In this document: positions 62,886 to 64,000 of the stretch, piece after piece | How positions within the stretch are numbered: position 1 is the first letter of the stretch | How the letters are laid out: each line of letters begins with the position of its first letter | Assembly (NCBI GenBank): GCA_965203805.1 | Contig: OZ241917.1 | Location: 5,344,001-5,408,000 of the forward strand | DNA from: Candidatus Latescibacterota bacterium | Lineage (GTDB): Bacteria > Latescibacterota > UBA2968 > GCA-2709665 | DNA: 64,000 bases | Direction of reading: 5' to 3' | Program-made: the position numbers and the translations under genes | The notes under the pieces: model-generated | Databases searched by the model: none | The model's input: the letters and a program-made list of their open reading frames with translations, nothing else | Told to the model about the DNA's origin: nothing

Positions 62886-64000
62886 ATGTTCCCGTTGTCA
62901 GATCTGGATCTGAGTTTGCGCGACGGATTGTGGCTGGGTCTGCTGGGACCGGTCTGTGTATACCTGGCCTGGCAGGCGTACCGCACCCGGAAACAGGAAT
63001 TCCCGTTGGTACGCTGGTTGCTGGTATTGCGGTGCACGGCGTTTCTTCTTCTGCTGGTGCTGATGATGGAACCCGTCCTCGCGCTCACGATGCGGCGCGA
63101 ACGCAAGCCGCTCCTGGCCGTACTGGTGGACGACAGCGAGAGCATGCGGATCGAGGACGGCGGGCGGACGCGCGGCGACCGTGCGATGGACCTCCTCAAG
63201 AGCGGTGTGTTCGAAGCGCTGGCGTCGCGCGCCCGGGTGGCCAGGTATCGCTTCTCCGAGTGGATGGCGCCCGTGCCGCCATCGAGCCTGGATTCCCTGC
63301 GCTTCAACGGGCGGGCAACGGACCTGGCCGCCGCGCTGAATATGCTGCGAGACGAGACGGCCGGCGAGGGACTGGCCGCTGCGGTTTTGATCTCCGACGG
63401 GGCGCACAACCTGGGGGCGAGGCCGGAAGTGGCCGCGCTCGCGCTGGGTGCGCCGGTCATTGCGGTGGGCGTGGGGAACGCGGACCCGCCGAAGGATGCG
63501 GCAATCGTGTCCGCCGTGTGCGATCCGATGGGTTACGTCGGGCGGCCGCTGTCGATTTCGGTGGGACTGAAGTCGAGCGGATTTGAAGGCGCAACGTCCC
63601 TGCTGGTTGTCCGGGAGAACGGGCGCCGGCTGGCGGAAGCGCCGGTCACGCTGGCGGACGGCGAGCAGGAGGTCCGCTTTACCGTATCGCCGGACAGGGC
63701 CGGTCGGGCCGTGTACGAAGTGCATCTCGCGGCGCAGCCGGCGGAACGCTCCAGGGCGAACAATACCGCCGTGGTGTCCGCGGAGGTTCTGGAGAACCGT
63801 CTGCGGGTTCTGATGGTTGCGGGTTCTCCAGGTGCGGACTTTGCCTATCTGCGCCGTTTGCTGGAGGCCGATGAGAATCTGCAGGTGGAGGTGCACATCG
63901 CCCGAAAGCCGGAGGAATGGCCCTACCGGATGCGGGCGGCGTTGGGCGATGCCGGTCAGTCGGAACTCGTCATCCTCTTCGATCTGCCCGGAGAGATGCT
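62886..64000 (+). CDS. Membrane-anchored VWA-domain protein (runs off window end; not in the ORF track)
   Basis: Two TM helices, then LVDDSESM (DxSxS), TDL..AL, LISDG. Confidence 0.75.
   Translation, partial: MFPLSDLDLSLRDGLWLGLLGPVCVYLAWQAYRTRKQEFPLVRWLLVLRCTAFLLLLVLMMEPVLALTMRRERKPLLAVLVDDSESMRIEDGGRTRGDRAMDLLKSGVFEALASRARVARYRFSEWMAPVPPSSLDSLRFNGRATDLAAALNMLRDETAGEGLAAAVLISDGAHNLGARPEVAALALGAPVIAVGVGNADPPKDAAIVSAVCDPMGYVGRPLSISVGLKSSGFEGATSLLVVRENGRRLAEAPVTLADGEQEVRFTVSPDRAGRAVYEVHLAAQPAERSRANNTAVVSAEVLENRLRVLMVAGSPGADFAYLRRLLEADENLQVEVHIARKPEEWPYRMRAALGDAGQSELVILFDLPGEM

Overview
A GC-rich bacterial window in four blocks. The gene content (many Gfo/Idh/MocA, PhyH and PQQ-like beta-propeller genes, TA debris, a DGGGP-synthase-like UbiA protein) suggests an FCB/PVC-type environmental or sponge-associated lineage; this is inference only. 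(1) 1-25.6 kb: a co-oriented + strand cluster resembling an uncharacterised tailoring/biosynthetic pathway with no scaffold enzyme. It encodes an EhpF-like adenylating enzyme, a LuxC/EhpG-like acyl reductase, an Fe-ADH, a HemN-like radical SAM protein, a PaaK-like ligase, a halogenase-like flavoprotein, a GT4, a thioesterase, a LolD/FtsX-type ABC transporter, a TonB receptor, three beta-propellers and a TAXI-TRAP transporter. (2) 25.6-35 kb: a TA pair and catabolic genes. (3) 35-55.9 kb: a defence island anchored at tRNA-Ala(GGC), with a degenerate att-like repeat at 38.8 kb and no integrase. It holds a type I R-M system interleaved with an OLD-like ATPase-TOPRIM protein, a Schlafen/AlbA_2 protein, many TA modules and duplicated hsdM/hsdR fragments. 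It is punctuated by eight co-oriented ~75-bp palindromic repeats and three repeat-associated DUF559 nucleases. A 282-bp GIY-YIG element sits precisely in frame in hsdM, and its CCTGCCTGCC...GGCGCAGGCAGG ends recur as 27-41-bp non-coding mini-elements. (4) 56-64 kb: housekeeping genes (ligA, UbiA/DGGGPS-like, XPB, tsaD, a VWA protein). All family calls come from motif recognition by eye, not database searches.
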